From Cladosporium halotolerans (taxonomy: Eukaryota), in NCBI RefSeq assembly GCF_011745625.1, contig NW_027191480.1, positions 62,001 through 126,000 on the forward strand: a DNA stretch of 64,000 nt. The letters run 5' to 3'. The notes under the pieces were generated by a model, which ran no database searches, had not been told where the DNA came from, and saw nothing but the letters and a program-made list of their open reading frames with translations. Positions 48,704-63,000 of the stretch are shown piece by piece (position 1 is the stretch's first letter; the number at the start of each line of letters is the position of its first letter). Both the position numbers and the translations under genes were made by a program.

Positions 48704-49375
48704 AGTTGATGTGTACGAGATGGTTTAGGTTGGGATGCCTATGATGCGCTGGTTTGCGCAGCTGATGTGCATAAGTTGCTGTGCTGTCACAGGTGCGACC
48801 GTAAAGAGCACTATGAGTGTCGAAGTCCAAGTGAAGTCGAAGTAAGCTTACCCAGAATTCAATTGGAAGGCGCGAGCAACTTTGCGTGCAGGCCGATGAG
48901 TCGTTCAATGAAACAGTCAGTCAGAGGCGGCTTGGTTGCAGAACCATACATGTAATAGTATATAACCCTAGAGTAATCCCACATACTTTCAAAAGGGCGT
49001 CTATGTATGTACATAGCGTGAACCTTCAAATGGTGAACTTGAAGCTCCCTCCGTAAAAGTCGAAATCGACATTGTCAAGAACATTACAAGAAGGCCGTCA
49101 AAGGGAAGAGAACAAATCCGTCGACATATGAGAGATCGATGCAGCCTCGACTGAAAGGCCACTTGGCTTTTCTTCCAGGTGAGTCTTTCCGGAGCAGCTG
49201 TGTAAACAGATGGAAAGAAGCAGACAAAAGCAAATTGTTCGTTGTTCGCTCCGGTAACGCCGCACGTCAGCTAAGGTATCTTCGTTTCTCCAGAAGCAGT
49301 AGGTGATTGCAAATAAACGTGTTAGAAAGGCAATGGACAAAAGGCGCGAGAAAGCGAGGCGGCCATAGAAGAGGC

Positions 49376-52240
49376 CTAAGACAGGGCTTCTTCCTGTCTG
49401 TTCGAGAGTCTCGACGAGCTGTATTTGGTTACAGGCTCTTCAGGAACCTCTGGGCCAAGCTCGCCAACGCCTTCGTTATCGACGATGCGAGTCGGCACCT
49501 CAGGGATTTCCTCGTGGATGGGCTTGTATTGGCTGTTGATGCTGTGACGCTGGGGTGTGACAGCAGTGCTGTCGCTTCCCAAGCTCATACTAGTAGAGCT
49601 GCGGTTGTGCTCGAGCTCAGGCGTAGGAGGGATGCTCGAGACGCGACGCGGGTGGAGGTAGCTGGTGGCCTCACTTTGGGCGTCACCATACTCGGAGCCA
49701 GACGCGTTGCTAGTCCGCTCAAGGCTCTCGGGGTCAGCCGATGAGGCACGCTGCATGCGCCTCTTACCATACCGCTTGCTGCTGTCGGAACGAGCATCGT
49801 CGTTCTCGGTGCTGACGCTCTCAGCGCGGCGTGCGAGGTCCAGGCCTTCGACGGCGGCTGCGCACTGCTCCGAAATGTTGCGGATGATATAAGCGATGGA
49901 ATCGGTCTTGTCGCGCAGGTTGCGGTCTCCGACATCACTCATGCTGAGCATAGAGAAGCGCTTGCTCTTACGCGAAGAAGACTGGCGACGCTCGTCGCCT
50001 TCGGCGCGACTCGAGACTCGGGTGCTGCTGCGAGAAGACGCTCTGGAATCGACCGTGCGCTCCTCCGGAACAGCTGCAGCTGCACTCTGCTCGGCCTCAA
50101 GCTCGCTCACGAGGCCATCAGGTGAGTCGCTGATAGTCTTGACAATGTGCTCCATATGGTGAGCCTGGCCATCGATGAGCGCCCGCAGATGAAGGACCAC
50201 GCGTTGCGCCTCGTCACGCTGCCTGAGGAGCGTAGTGTTTGTGTGCTGAAGAGCAGAGAGATCTTTCTTGTTGCGCTTGCGCTCACGCTCGAGCTCTTCG
50301 GCGATTTCCTGCTGCAAGACCAGGGCCTCGAGAGAATCATCTCTCTGCTTCTCGGTACCAGCCAGGCGTACCGTAAGTCTAGCGACAGCCTCTTTCTCTT
50401 GCTCGATTTGCGAGCCGAGACGACGGTTCTCACGCTTGTGGTTCTCGATCTTGATCTTGAGCTCATTGGTCTCCTTAGTGAGCTGCTCGGCAAAAGCCTG
50501 AAACTTGAGGAACTGCTGCTTCCAGCTCTCCAGTTCATCGACGAGGAAGTTGTTGCGCTTCGTGACCTTGGTAAGCTCGGTGTCCATGCGGCCCTTGAGG
50601 TTGATGAAGTCTTGCCACGCCTCCTGAGCGTCGCGAGAGTACTGGTTGCGCTCGCGAACGATCTCGTTGAGGTGGCGCATGGAAACCTTAGTCATCAGCG
50701 GTTTCTTCTGGGAACCACCAAAAACGGCCTTGATACCGGTGTTCTTGCCCTGTAGATAAATGTCAGTGCGGCTCGCAGATCTGCGAGAGAAATCTTCACT
50801 TACCAGCTTCTCACAAGCGTGGTCCATGACCTTCATGACATCCTCCTGATTCCACCAACCGGGGTCCTGGACGCTCTCAACCTCGCCTCTCATGACAATA
50901 ATCTGACCGGCAGGGATGAGCTTGCCACCGCCGTATGCAGAACGCAGGTGCTGAGGGACACCAGAAGGAGCGACGTTGCCATTGAGCGCCTCAGTCATGC
51001 GGTTGACGAGCTTGGAGCGCTGCTTCGCGGACCATGCGTTGGGCGGGTTCGAAGTGAGAACAAAATTGCGGTCCAGGTCAACAACCAGCGCGTCAGGAGG
51101 CGCAGTAAACAGTGTGCGACACTCGGCAGTAACTCCGAGGATGTAAGGACCAGGCTCCTGAACAAGGTCCTTCGCGTGGCGAGCGTGGACGACAGGCACG
51201 TAGAGACCGCTCCATTCGTAGACGCGAACCATGTAGCGAATGGTCTCGGCGGCAATCGTAAGCATCGCCGGGTAGTGAGAGATGAAAATGATGCGTCGGG
51301 TTGGCGAGACCGCAGCCTCAAGAACACCCACAATGTTCGGGATGCTCAAGCAGCTGAACAGAGGCCACATCGCGAAGTTCTGAAAGCCGGTCGGGGATGA
51401 CGGAAACTGGTAGCACAGAGCGTAGTCCTTCATGTCAATGCGGACAAGATCGTTCAGTCTGGGCGCGGGGAAGCTGAGAATGCGCGAGACTTCTTCAGCG
51501 TGAAAGAGGTTTGTTGCCTTGTTCCAGTGGATCCACATTCCACGAAGATAGTCACCCAGAAGGTTGTAGAGAGGGTAGCGGGAAAGGAAGCTCAAGCAGT
51601 AAGGGATCCAGTAGGTCTCGCCGGGAGTGTCGAAGTAGTCCGGCTCAGTGCGCTTGCGAAGGTCACGAATGGTTTCAGCGCGCTTGTCATCGGCGCGCGA
51701 CCATACGCGGAGTGCAATACCGTACAATGTGTGCGACGAGTCCTGCTGCAGAACGAAGGCATGGTGCACGCAATGGGGCTGGCTGTTACCGGTGCAGATC
51801 TCAACATCATGGGGAAAACACGCCTGTAAATGTTAAGACGATATACCATTTAGTCAGGAGAGCTCGATCGAACATACCCTCATTGCGGCGTGCAAAGACC
51901 TCGCGATCTCATTGTCTTGCTCCAATCTTGGGCTGCTTCCCAAGATCTCGGGCAACCAGAACTGACCAACTGCACCCTTCATATGCCCGATCTTTCCCTG
52001 CGGCGGAGTGGGCGCTTTGGTCCATTGAGAAGGCTCGCGGCCAACACCGCAGACCATGTAGGCATGGGTAAGCGTTTTGGGCGCCCGCTGGTTGACCTTT
52101 GGCTGATTCATTTGGCCGGTGGGCTGCGCGATCCGCGAGTGCAGCGAGGATGTGCGGTTCGGAATAACAAGGTCGTCCTGGTCGCGACTGGCTGGTCGTG
52201 AGGCACTCGAACGCGGCCTTGACGAGAAGGATGGGGCCAT
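49376..52240 (-). CDS. DENN-domain protein (putative Rab GEF) with coiled coil, 3 exons
   Basis: uDENN-like HHAFVL..YGIAL, YCLSFLSRYP, cDENN RIIFISH..L and PGPYILG, and VVDLD. Confidence 0.85.
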
Positions 52241-54100
52241 GGTATAGTTGTTGAGGGAGTCGGTGTGAAACCTAGGCTTAGGGCGAAGGCTTATAACGGA
52301 CTTGAGAGACCTCGCAGGTGCAAGGTCCAGGATCGTCGGGCGACAGCTGATGTCCTCCTCAGGCGATCAAGTCTGGTAGACGCTGTGGGCGGCGTAAGCG
52401 GACGAGTCCAGCGTCCAGGGCAACGAGGCACCGTTTGCTCGCAGGCACAGCAGCGAGCGGATAGTGACAGCGCAGCTCGTGAGCTCTCCGGTCGACGAAG
52501 GAAGGCAAGGAGAAGACGAGCTCGGCTGGTATCAAGAGCGGGCAGCAGCTGGAGCGCAGGCCAGTCCGAGCGTGGGCGCGAGGTGGGAGTCTTGAACGCA
52601 ACGGACGGGCGCAGGCACCCCAGGACGCGCCGGCCGGCTGTTGTACCCCTGCGATGGACGGCTTAGCGCGCAAGGTCGAATGCCTCTGCAGGCCTAGCGG
52701 CGCATACGCTTGAACGATCACCGAAGTCTAAGCGCAGCAGGCAGGGTGGAGATGCCGGCTGCGGAACCCCGGGAGGATCGAGCGTCCGATAGTGCGAGCC
52801 TGCGGCGTACCTATAGGGAGTGCATCAAACTCTATCCGGGCCTGCGTTTCGAGCTGCGCAACACTCCCGCCGACCGCTCAGCAGCCGTTCGTCGCGCTGC
52901 CACGGCGGCCTCTCGCAACGGCGTGTCGTGCGATTGCGCTGCCGTGTGCGGGAGTCAGCAAGCTCGGCCGGTGCGCAGCATGGGCGTCTGGCATTGACGA
53001 TGCCGCCACCCGGGCGAACGTGCAGACGGCGGCGCTAGGCCTAGCAACATCGCTTGCGCCGTGATACCACTCCCGAAAGGGGTCTATGGTTATATCCGCG
53101 TGGCTGCTAACACAGGCTCGTTTGCGCCTTCACGGCGACCTGCAGCACCGCGAGGCATTGTGACACCGCGGGTGATATCGTCGAACATGCGGGTCAACAT
53201 TCCGCTGTCAACCTAGCAGTTTGCGAACAATAAGTACCCAGGGCCCCTGTCGGCTCGCGTGGAGTGTCTTCCGCACTGTTGCTCGCTTACATGGAGCACT
53301 GTCGTGAGGGCATCACTTTGCAAATTGACAGCTCCGGGCCCCGGCGACGTAGAAGTCATGTACCACCACACCATTTCACGTGTGAGCAAACGACCTCACC
53401 TGGTGGGTGGTCTGGTGTCAGCTCGGCTTCACCCTGCCACGCCTGCCTTGCTGTGACTGCATGCCACCCGTTGGTGCGGGATCTTGCGCGCGAAGCTCTG
53501 TCTCACACATTAACCTCGATATCCACCCATTACTCCGCGGCGTTATGCGTGACGGTGCCCCAAGCGCAATGCGAGTCTGTATCCGCCGGCACGCAGATGC
53601 CGTGGCACACTTTGAGTGCATCGTCATCGCCTTGTCGTAGTCGTCCGGTCTGTCTGGCCGTCAAGATGCAGGTAAAGCTATGCGCTGTCGTGGACGCGAA
53701 ATCTGTGTCTGCTGTCCCGCCACGGCTCTCCGCGTTGCAGACCACCTCCCAGCCAGACTGATGGAACCGGGCCCACTCCATCTCCAGGCGGCACGTTGTC
53801 GTGCAAGGAAGACGCTGTACGCTGGCCCTACGCTCTACGATCGCCATCCTTGTGTCACCCTGATTCGCCAGGCGAATCGACATCTCTTACGCCTAGCAAT
53901 CGCTACGTCTCCGCTTTTCCCTGCGCTCGCTTTTGGCTTTGCGGCAGGCCGTCCAGCCAGCGGCCTCACAGCCCAAGCCTTCACGACCGCGTCAATCTCC
54001 GTCGGAGTCCCCCACACACCGTCCTTCCTCATCTCAACACCGCTCCATCATGCACGATTACGACGGCTGCGCAACGGTAGCCTGAATCTTCACGGTCATC

Positions 54101-55453
54101 ATGAGCGACCAGCCGCAGTCTCTGGCCGAGCTGTGCAGCATCTGGTAGGTCTCTTCACAGAATTTCCCGCTTGACCTGCTCTCCGGCCTTTTCTACTTTC
54201 GGCATTTGCAGCTCGTCAACGTCACGTGCGCCATCGCACGGTATAGTTTCCCATATTCAAAAACTATGTGACTGACCTCACGCAGTTACACGGAAAAGCC
54301 AAAGTATCGCTGCCCACGCTGCAAGACGCAGACGTGCTCTCTGACCTGCTACAAGCGCCACCAACAGCGTGCATCATGTAACGGTCAGCGAGATCCCGCG
54401 GCGTACCTCAAACGGTCTGAATGGGCCACGCCGTCCGGCATCGACCGCGACTACAACTACCTCAAGTCCGTCGAGAGACATGTAGATCGCACTGGCCAGG
54501 ATGTGCGCGAGCGCGGTATCAACACCAGACAGCCTGGACGTGGCGGCCCCGAGAGGGGATCTGCCGGTAACAGAAAAGTTTCCAAGGCTTGGATGCCCGG
54601 GAGCGCCTTGCAGAAGTATCTTACCGAGAATGATGTTAGAGTTGAGAAGGCGCCGGTGGGTATGAGCCGACAGAAGACTAACCTCACGAGAGTGACGCAC
54701 AAGGGGAATGTCATGTGGACTGTCGAGTGGATAGAGGGCGACGGCAGGAAAAGCGTCGACGATGACAGCTCGGAAGGCAGGCCGATCAAAGACCTGTGGG
54801 GAGAAGTCATGGCGAAACGATTGAATGCCGAGAAAGGAAAGAAGAGGAAACGGGAGGCTGAAAAGCAACCAGCTCTACCGAAGCCATCTGCGCAAGAGGC
54901 TGAGCAAGGCCAACCAAACGAAGCTGAACTCCAGCAACTGCAACCTTCGCAAGCTGAAACCAATCACGATCAACAAACTTCGATTCCCGCAGGCGAAACT
55001 CCAAACGAGCCTTTGACCGATCCCGACAGCAATCCGCCGAAGTCCGCGGAACAAACCCAAGACGAATCAAACCGACCAGAAGAGAAAATGGAAGATGCTC
55101 GACCTGGGAAATCAGAGCATTTCTACCTGGTCAAGCCTTTCACGGCGTCGAAAGCGACTGTCTTAGTCCCTATAAACGCGGATCAAACGCTTACGGCATG
55201 TCTAAAACGACAGACTGTATTGGAGTACCCTACCATATATGTGTTACCAGAGGCAGCAGATGCATTACCAGAGGGCTTTCAGCTGGAGGCAGAGTATGTG
55301 AAGTTACAGAAAGCTGAAGAAGCAGAGGTGGAAGGTCTGATGCAGAAAACGAATCAAAGCACAGGCGGTGCTCTGAATGCTACGCAGGAGGAAGAGAAAT
55401 CTCTGGATGCGAACAGCATTCTCGACATGCTCAAGCGCGATGTTGGGGTATAA
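54101..55453 (+). CDS. bcd1: Box C/D snoRNP assembly factor with zf-HIT, 2 exons
   Basis: CSIC..KYRCPRC..TCSLTCYKRH..C.G.RD, DYNYL, WTVEW and LEYPTI. Intron at ~54146-54286. Confidence 0.88.
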
Positions 55454-55864
55454 ACGTAGCAATAAATCATCAATAATGTATATTATCTGCAAAACCGAAC
55501 ATTTGCTCTGGTGCTCATGTTCGAAACAAATTGGACGAGTCGGGTCGTGTTTCACGGTCACCGCCTTAAAGCTTGTGGCGGAAGCCGCCCGCCAGGAGGA
55601 CGACTGACCAAGGGTCCTCAGGCTTCAGAACTGACCACGGCCAGCTGATGGCACGACCTCACCTTCTCATACCCCGCCATAACCGCCCCCAGCGCACAAA
55701 CCAACATCTAGAAACGCCCGTGGCGACCTGCGACTCAAAACCACTGTACACGTGAACCGCCCGCACAAACGCACATACGGACATACAAAGCACGAAACCC
55801 CCAACCGCACTCGCGTGACTTCACCGCGCTCCCCCTCCACCACCCCAGAACCACACACAACACA

Positions 55865-57332
55865 ATGGTGCGCGACCGCGACCCCGACGTGCCCCAGCCG
55901 GGCCCCGCAGTCCTGACCTCGCACGCCGGGCCCGACGAATGGCTCGCGCAAGCCAAGCTCTGCCGCTACCTGCCCGAAGCGGACATGAAGCGGCTGTGCG
56001 AGACGGTGAAAGAGTGCCTGATGGAAGAGAGCAACATCCAGCCGGTCGCGGCGCCCGTGACGGTCTGCGGCGACATCCACGGGCAGTTCTACGACCTGCT
56101 GGAGCTCTTCCGCGTCGCGGGCGGGATGCCCGGCGAGGCGGAGGAGAAGGAGAAGGCGGCGGCCGAGGCGGCCAAGGCGGGGCCTAAGAGTCCGAGGGTC
56201 AATAGCATTAACCCCGCGGATATCGAGCCGCCGACGCAGATCAGCGATCCGAAGGTGAAGAGGAAGATGAAGAGGCGGTTTCAGAAGGATTCGGCGTACA
56301 CGAGCGATGCGTCGAATGCGGGCTCGGAGTTGGGGGAGGAGGACGAGGAGCCGAGGGGGCGGGTGAGGAGTCGGAGCTTGCAGCAGGAGGAAGAGGAGGA
56401 GTTTGAGGAGGAGGATGATAGTGAGGATAGTGGTGTGGGTGTCAGGAGCCCGGGGCCGAGTCGGAGCAAGAGCGCGGCGACGAGGAAGGACCATGCGAAT
56501 GGGAACCAGAACTTCATTTTCTTGGGCGATTTCGTGGACAGAGGGTACTTCTCGTTAGAGACGTTCACATTGCTCATGTGCTTGAAGGCTAAGTGAGTCG
56601 CCGCAACGAGGAGTGCTACCATGGCAGTATGCTAACCCTCACAGATACCCCGACAAGATCACGCTCGTCCGCGGCAACCACGAGTCGCGCCAGATCACAC
56701 AGGTGTACGGTTTCTACGAGGAGTGCCAGCAAAAGTACGGCAACGCCTCCGTCTGGAAATCCTGCTGCCAAGTCTTCGACTTCCTCGCTCTCGCCGCCAT
56801 CATCGACGGGAGAGTGCTCTGCGTCCACGGCGGCCTTTCCCCCGAGATCAGGACCCTCGACCAAATCCGCGTCGTTGCCCGTGCGCAAGAAATCCCGCAC
56901 GAAGGCGCCTTCTGCGATCTAGTCTGGTCCGACCCCGAAGACGTCGACACATGGGCCGTGTCGCCCCGAGGCGCCGGCTGGCTGTTCGGCGACAAGGTCT
57001 CATCAGAGGTAAGCCTAAGCCGCGATCCCCAGCCCAGCTCACCAAATAGAATTCACTAACACCCCATCGCACAGTTCAACCACGTCAACAACCTGCAGCT
57101 CATCGCCCGCGCGCACCAGCTCGTCAACGAGGGCTACAAGTACCACTTCCAGTCGCAGGAGGTCGTCACCGTCTGGTCCGCGCCCAACTACTGCTACCGC
57201 TGCGGCAACGTGGCCTCCATCATGACGCTCGGCGAGGACCTCGAGCCCGACTTCAAGATCTTCAGCGCCGTGCCGGATCACAGGCGTGCGGTGCCCGCGG
57301 GCAGGAGGGGCGCGGGCGAGTATTTCTTGTAG
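55865..57332 (+). CDS. ppg1: PP2A-like Ser/Thr phosphatase catalytic subunit (Ppg1 type), 3 exons
   Basis: [29 protein letters not shown] and C-terminal YFL. A long acidic insertion follows the GDIHGQ region. Confidence 0.85.
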
Positions 57333-60055
57333 GCTTGTGAGTACTCGCTCGGGGCAACGAGCTAGGCATCCCCGCGATGGGATGGTTGGCATGACACGAG
57401 AGATACGGGTTGCATAGCCTGGTCGGGAACGGAGGTCAAGAGCAGGTGGGGTTGTTTTTCTGGCGTCAACGGCGTTCAGGGTGTGTTGTCCGGAGACTTT
57501 TGTGTAGAAAGACTATACGAGAGGCCGTGGTGTCGGCCGATTAGATTGATGAAATGATACCCAGAAATTCATGACATCTTTCTCCGATTGCGTCCAGCAT
57601 CCTACACTATGAGATCAATTGCTCATCGTCTACAGCGCTGTCATGCTTTTGCAGACCCAGCCCTAAGCGTTTCTCGAAACAGGTCAAGTGACCGTTTCCT
57701 GCGACAAACTGCACGACATGGAGGAGGATTGCCGCATGACTCTTTGTCAGCCTGAACAAGCTGCCCGTTGAGAAGGCCCACGATTCACGCAGACACCGCG
57801 TTTGACGGTGGATCACGACTACTCGCACCGAACTCTCGGGCCGGTGGAATCAGCGTCGTGGAGCAGAAAAGTTCGGCCCGCGTTAGATTGAGGCCGGTTT
57901 GCCGCAAGAAGTGAACGCACGACGCTATTTCCGATGTTGTGGGAACTGTGGGAAAATGTCCACGATTGTGGGACTGCTGCTACGACTCGGCATGCTGCCC
58001 GTGACGGGTTCGTGGGATGCAGGGAATGGACATGGGAGGTGGTTGGCGTGCACGGGGCATTTTGGTCGGGGAGGTGGAAGCAGGTGGCTTGGGGAGAGAC
58101 TTTTGGGGAGGACGGATTCGTCCATCGCGGACATGGATTTGGAGACAAGGACGAGGTCGATCGGCGACGATTTCCCATCATCGCAGAATCAAGAAGTCAT
58201 ACGAAGAAGGTTCCGTATCACTTGCTCAAGTTCAGCCACGTCTTGAAGCCTCAGGCTATGGAGCGCCATGGCACAAAAGGAGCCGCGATGCTTTGCAAGT
58301 GCCGTGCTTCACAGATGCTTCTGCTGCATATGATTTGTCGCCGTCACATCATTGCAGATCCACATTGTGAGCATCAATAGAGTTGCGAGATCAACCTTCC
58401 CTGAGATCGATGTGATCGTCCTGGCGATTGGTGAGGGCTATTGGATTCCAGCGTCAACCTGTTGCGGAGATTGCGAGCATCCCGTCTTTGGCGACGTACC
58501 GAATTTCTGCTGCTCGCGAGGTCTGGATTCCCACCTCTGGGGATTCGCGGTCGGGGATTCCGACGCCTTCATTAATAATGCGGGTGCTAGCCAGAAGATC
58601 ATGATGCGCAGCGCAATCATGCATGCTGCATGCCGCGCGGACGGAAATATTCAGCTAAACCCCATGGTGGCAGACGAGTCGCCCAGCCGAAAAATGGCCG
58701 GCGAAGGCGTTGTGGGCGTTCGAACGCCGTCGGCCGACCCGAGAGTAGAGAGCGGCGGTTGAGTGGAGACATTATTTCTCGTGAAGCCTTTCAAGGGTCT
58801 CGATTCTGGGCGGTGCGCAGGTCAATGCTGGCCCGGTCTCTTAGGGTTTGCGGGCAACTGCTGTCTCCTTCACGTGCATAGAGCACAAGCTACAAGTAAT
58901 GCTCGGTCCGTCACAAAGCATGCCGTCGAAGCAAGCTGTGCGCACCGCTAAGCGGAGATGATGCGATTCGCTGTCGGTGCCGTTGAAGTCTTCAGGAGTA
59001 TCTTCCGTCCAGGACCACTACTCCAGACTAAAGGAGCGTGGGTGAACTCAAACCTGCAGAAACCTTGGCCTCTTCATGCCGCAGAGCTTGTGGTTGGCCA
59101 AGAATCTCTAAGGCCTCCATTTCTTCTATGCACGATCGAGCGAAAAGTAGGAAATGTAGGTCGACGTGTAAACTGCACGAGCTTTTGGATAACGCACGCA
59201 CTCACGTGACATGCCGATGAGGAAGGAGAACCTTGGGCGAGCCGAGAGTGAAGAGGCGAGAGCTCTCGGTTAGGCAGTTTAGATTGCCTGGGCTGACGCT
59301 TCACTCATGCAGTGGCTCAGGGGCCGCAGGAATACTCTCCGCCCGTTGGAGGGAGATCCTGGCTTGTCACTCGCAAGCTGCAGGCGGCGCTGTGTTTCAC
59401 AGGCCGCAATGGAGGTACGCGCAAAGGCTACCTCTGCGGCGAGGAGGTACACATCATGCGTGCAGGCACACCGGATCGACGCGCGGGCGTCGGCGGTGGC
59501 GTGTGGAAATGTCTAATCCGGGCCTCGCCTCGTCGGGCACCATTCACTACTCCCCCCAGAGCGCAGCAGCACGGCGGAGAGTTTGCGCTTGCAGGTGCCT
59601 TGTTTCATCGCGCGGCGCACCCTTGTCGCTCCACGTGAGCGCAAGATTAAACACTCGTCTTTGCCCGTTTGGTCGGCGTGCTCGGGCTCTTCGCCGCGCA
59701 AGGTTCGCGGGCCCCAGCGACCGGCAGCCCTTCGCGAGTCGTGCGGACATCGCCATCTCCAGCCCTCCACTGCCATTGCGCCCTCCTCGCTCGCTCGCCG
59801 CGCCATTGCACTGTGACTCGCGCGCCGGCCGCAACCTTGCCGACTCCCTCCCTGCCCGCCGCCAGCTCTGCGACGCCCATCGCGTCCTGCCTGCCTGCCC
59901 GTCACTTCTTACTCGCCGCGCTGCCTCACCGCCCGATCGACCGCTAGCCGACCTCTCGCTGCCCGCTGCCCGCGTGAGACATTATTTGCAGTTGCCAGGC
60001 TCCAGCTTAGCGCGCTCGCGCGCTCCCGGTAGCAACCGGGTTTGTTCCAGACAGC

Positions 60056-63000
60056 ATGCAGGCCGACGCAACCGGCTCCATGGACGACCCTGCCGTCCCT
60101 GAGAGTCCTGCCAGCGGCACCTCTTCTGCACCCACACAACGCCAGCGTTCGCTCACCGCAAATGCGGCGGAAAGAATGCGCTCCAACCGCAGCAGCAGTC
60201 GCATGAGCCGTAGCACGCCTAGCAAGCACGGCGACGACGACCCGAGCAAGACCGCGGTCAAAGTTGGTAAGTCGCGAGACCCCAGGGTAGCCCACATGTC
60301 CGATATTGGCTAATCTGAATGACTTTAGTGGTTCGAGTGCGACCGCCTCTCAACCCTACCGACCCCGGCTACGACCTCATACCGCAGCGCTTTCGCGACT
60401 CGACCTGCGAGGTCTCTTCGAATAAGAGCTTGGTCGTGCACTCGCAACAAGGCAAGAAGCCATTCTTCTTCGACCACGTCTTCAACGAGGATGCCACCCA
60501 GCAAGATGTCTGGGGGTACGTCAACGACAGCGTCAACTCCTTCGTTCAGGGCTACAATGTTTCCATCCTCGCGTACGGCCAGTCTGGATCGGGAAAGTCG
60601 TACACGATGGGCACAGCAGGCCCGCAAGAGCAGGGCGATCCGACACACATGGGCATAGTCCCTAGGGCGGCGCAGACCCTGTTCGAGAAGCTCAATGGAG
60701 GTCCAGCGAGACCAGCGTCGGGTATCAGGACCCCAAAGCGATACTCGGTGCATACCTCTGCGCAAGGGAACAATGGGAACAGCGCCGACCGAAACTGGAC
60801 AATCAAGGCCACCTATGTTGAGATTTACAACGAGCAACTTCGCGATCTCCTCGTGTCAGAATCAGTTCCCCAAAGCGATCGCGCGACAGTCGCGATCCGC
60901 GAAGACACGAAAGGACGAATCCTTCTGACCGGCCTAACCCAAACAGACATTACCTCTGCGGACGACATTTACAGGGCTCTCGCTTTCGGCTCATCCATTC
61001 GTCAGACTGACGCGACTGCCATCAATGCCCGCTCGTCTCGCTCGCATGCCGTCTTCAGCTTGAACCTCGTCCAGAAAAAGACGGAGGTCAGCATGGGAAC
61101 AACCCCAAAGAAGGACAAGCGCATGTCGGTGCCGGTCGAGAACGCGACACCTACCGAGAGCATAGTGACGGTAGACAGCAAACTGCACTTTGTCGACCTG
61201 GCTGGCAGCGAAAGGCTGAAGAACACCGGAGCGACCGGCGACCGCGCAAAAGAGGGCATCTCGATCAATGCTGGACTCGCCAGCCTGGGAAAGGTCATTT
61301 CGCAGCTTTCTTCGAAACAGGGAAGCAGTCACATCTCATACCGCGACTCTCGGCTGACGCGCCTATTGCAAGACTCTCTTGGAGGCAATGCTATCACTTT
61401 CATGATCGCCTGTGTCACGCCGGCTTCCTTCCACATGAACGAGACCCTGAACACCCTTCACTACGCCCACCGAGCACGCGCCATCCAGGTGCGACCCGAG
61501 ATCCAGCAAAATCACGAGGACGGAGACAAACAAGCGACAATTGACCGCCTGCGCGCCGAGGTCGCCTTCCTTCGGGACCAAGTCCGCCATTCTGAGCACG
61601 GTCTTGACCGATCGGGTAGCTTGCGCAACGGTCAGGTTGACCGCACAGGAAAGCAGCAAGCAGAGATGCAGAACCAGCTCATGGATATGCAGGAAAACTA
61701 CAATGCGCTCAGTCAACGCCACGCGAAACTCATCTCCGAGATCTCACGGGCTCGGGACGATGAGGACGCAGATACACCTGTGTTGAAGGAAGCCATTGGC
61801 GGCAGCGCTATGGAAAGATTGAAGCGCTCGAACAGCTTTGCCGAGGCTGTCGAACAGGTCGTGCTTGAGTACGAAAAGACGATCCAGAGCCTGGAGATCT
61901 CGCTATCGACGACTCGCGGAACGCTTGCTAGCACCGAGAGCTCGCTGCTCGAGAAGCAGACGCGTATCGCTTACATGGAAACGATTCAGCAGCAACTCCA
62001 AGCCCGCCTTCAGAAAGCCACCGACCGCGAACAAAACAGCGAATCTTACCTTCGCGACTTGGAAGCCAAGATGGAAGGGTCTGCCACAGGCGAAGAGCAC
62101 AGTGCTACAGTCATCGCCGAGCTTCGGAAAGAGTTGTCCCGCACCCGCGAAAACAGCAGCAATGTGGAAGAATACGTCTCGACTCTTGAGGAGCGCCTGG
62201 CGGAGGCTGAGCAGGACCAAGAGATTATGCAGCGCGACATCGACCGTCTTGAGCAAGTCATCGAGCGACAGAGGAGCATTGGACGTCTGGACAATCTGCT
62301 TTCCGAGTTGGACAATGTGAAAGCCAAGAAGAGCTCGCCTGAGGAAGCTGCCCAAGAGGACGCTCCGCAGAAGACCAATGGCCACAGAGACAGCTACGAC
62401 CCGTACAGGCCAGTCTCCACCAGCGCTAGCTCAGCAGACGACGTTTTCACCGACGCTGCCGCGAACCGTTCAGCCATGGCATCTCGGCAGGACGATGGGC
62501 CAGCACTCGCCCCTGCTCCTGAAGTCACCGCTCAGCCAGGATCACCCGCGACTCTACTTGCCCCCCGCAGCCCGGCACAAGACGACTTCATGGCCGACAA
62601 GCTCGAGAATCTTACGCAGGAGCTCTTCGACCTTCGCTCTGAGCACGAGACCGTCGTCACCGACTACGACAACCTACAGCAGAAGTACCAGACCGCGTTG
62701 GAGACGCTCGCCAAACTCGAATATGACAAGGAGTCGACGAAGACCCCCACGACTGCGTCTGGGAGCCGGCCAGAGTCTTTTTTAGCGGAAGCGGGGGTGA
62801 AGGACGAGGAGAAGGCCGACCGAAGCGGAGAGCAACCTTCATCCTCGCGGTCCTTGTTGGAGGAGCTTTCGTCGCGTGGGGAGTTGACTACTGGCAGCGA
62901 CGGCGAGACGACGCCGCGTGGCAATTCTGATGAGGACGAGCGCCTGAGCATGCGCGATGAAATCGCGGTGCAGGATGATGCGCCGCCTGTTGTGAATGTG

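Noticed and set aside
26055..55453. Functional clustering of U3 snoRNA with BCD1
   Set aside because: They are 28 kb apart with many unrelated genes between, so coincidence is likely.
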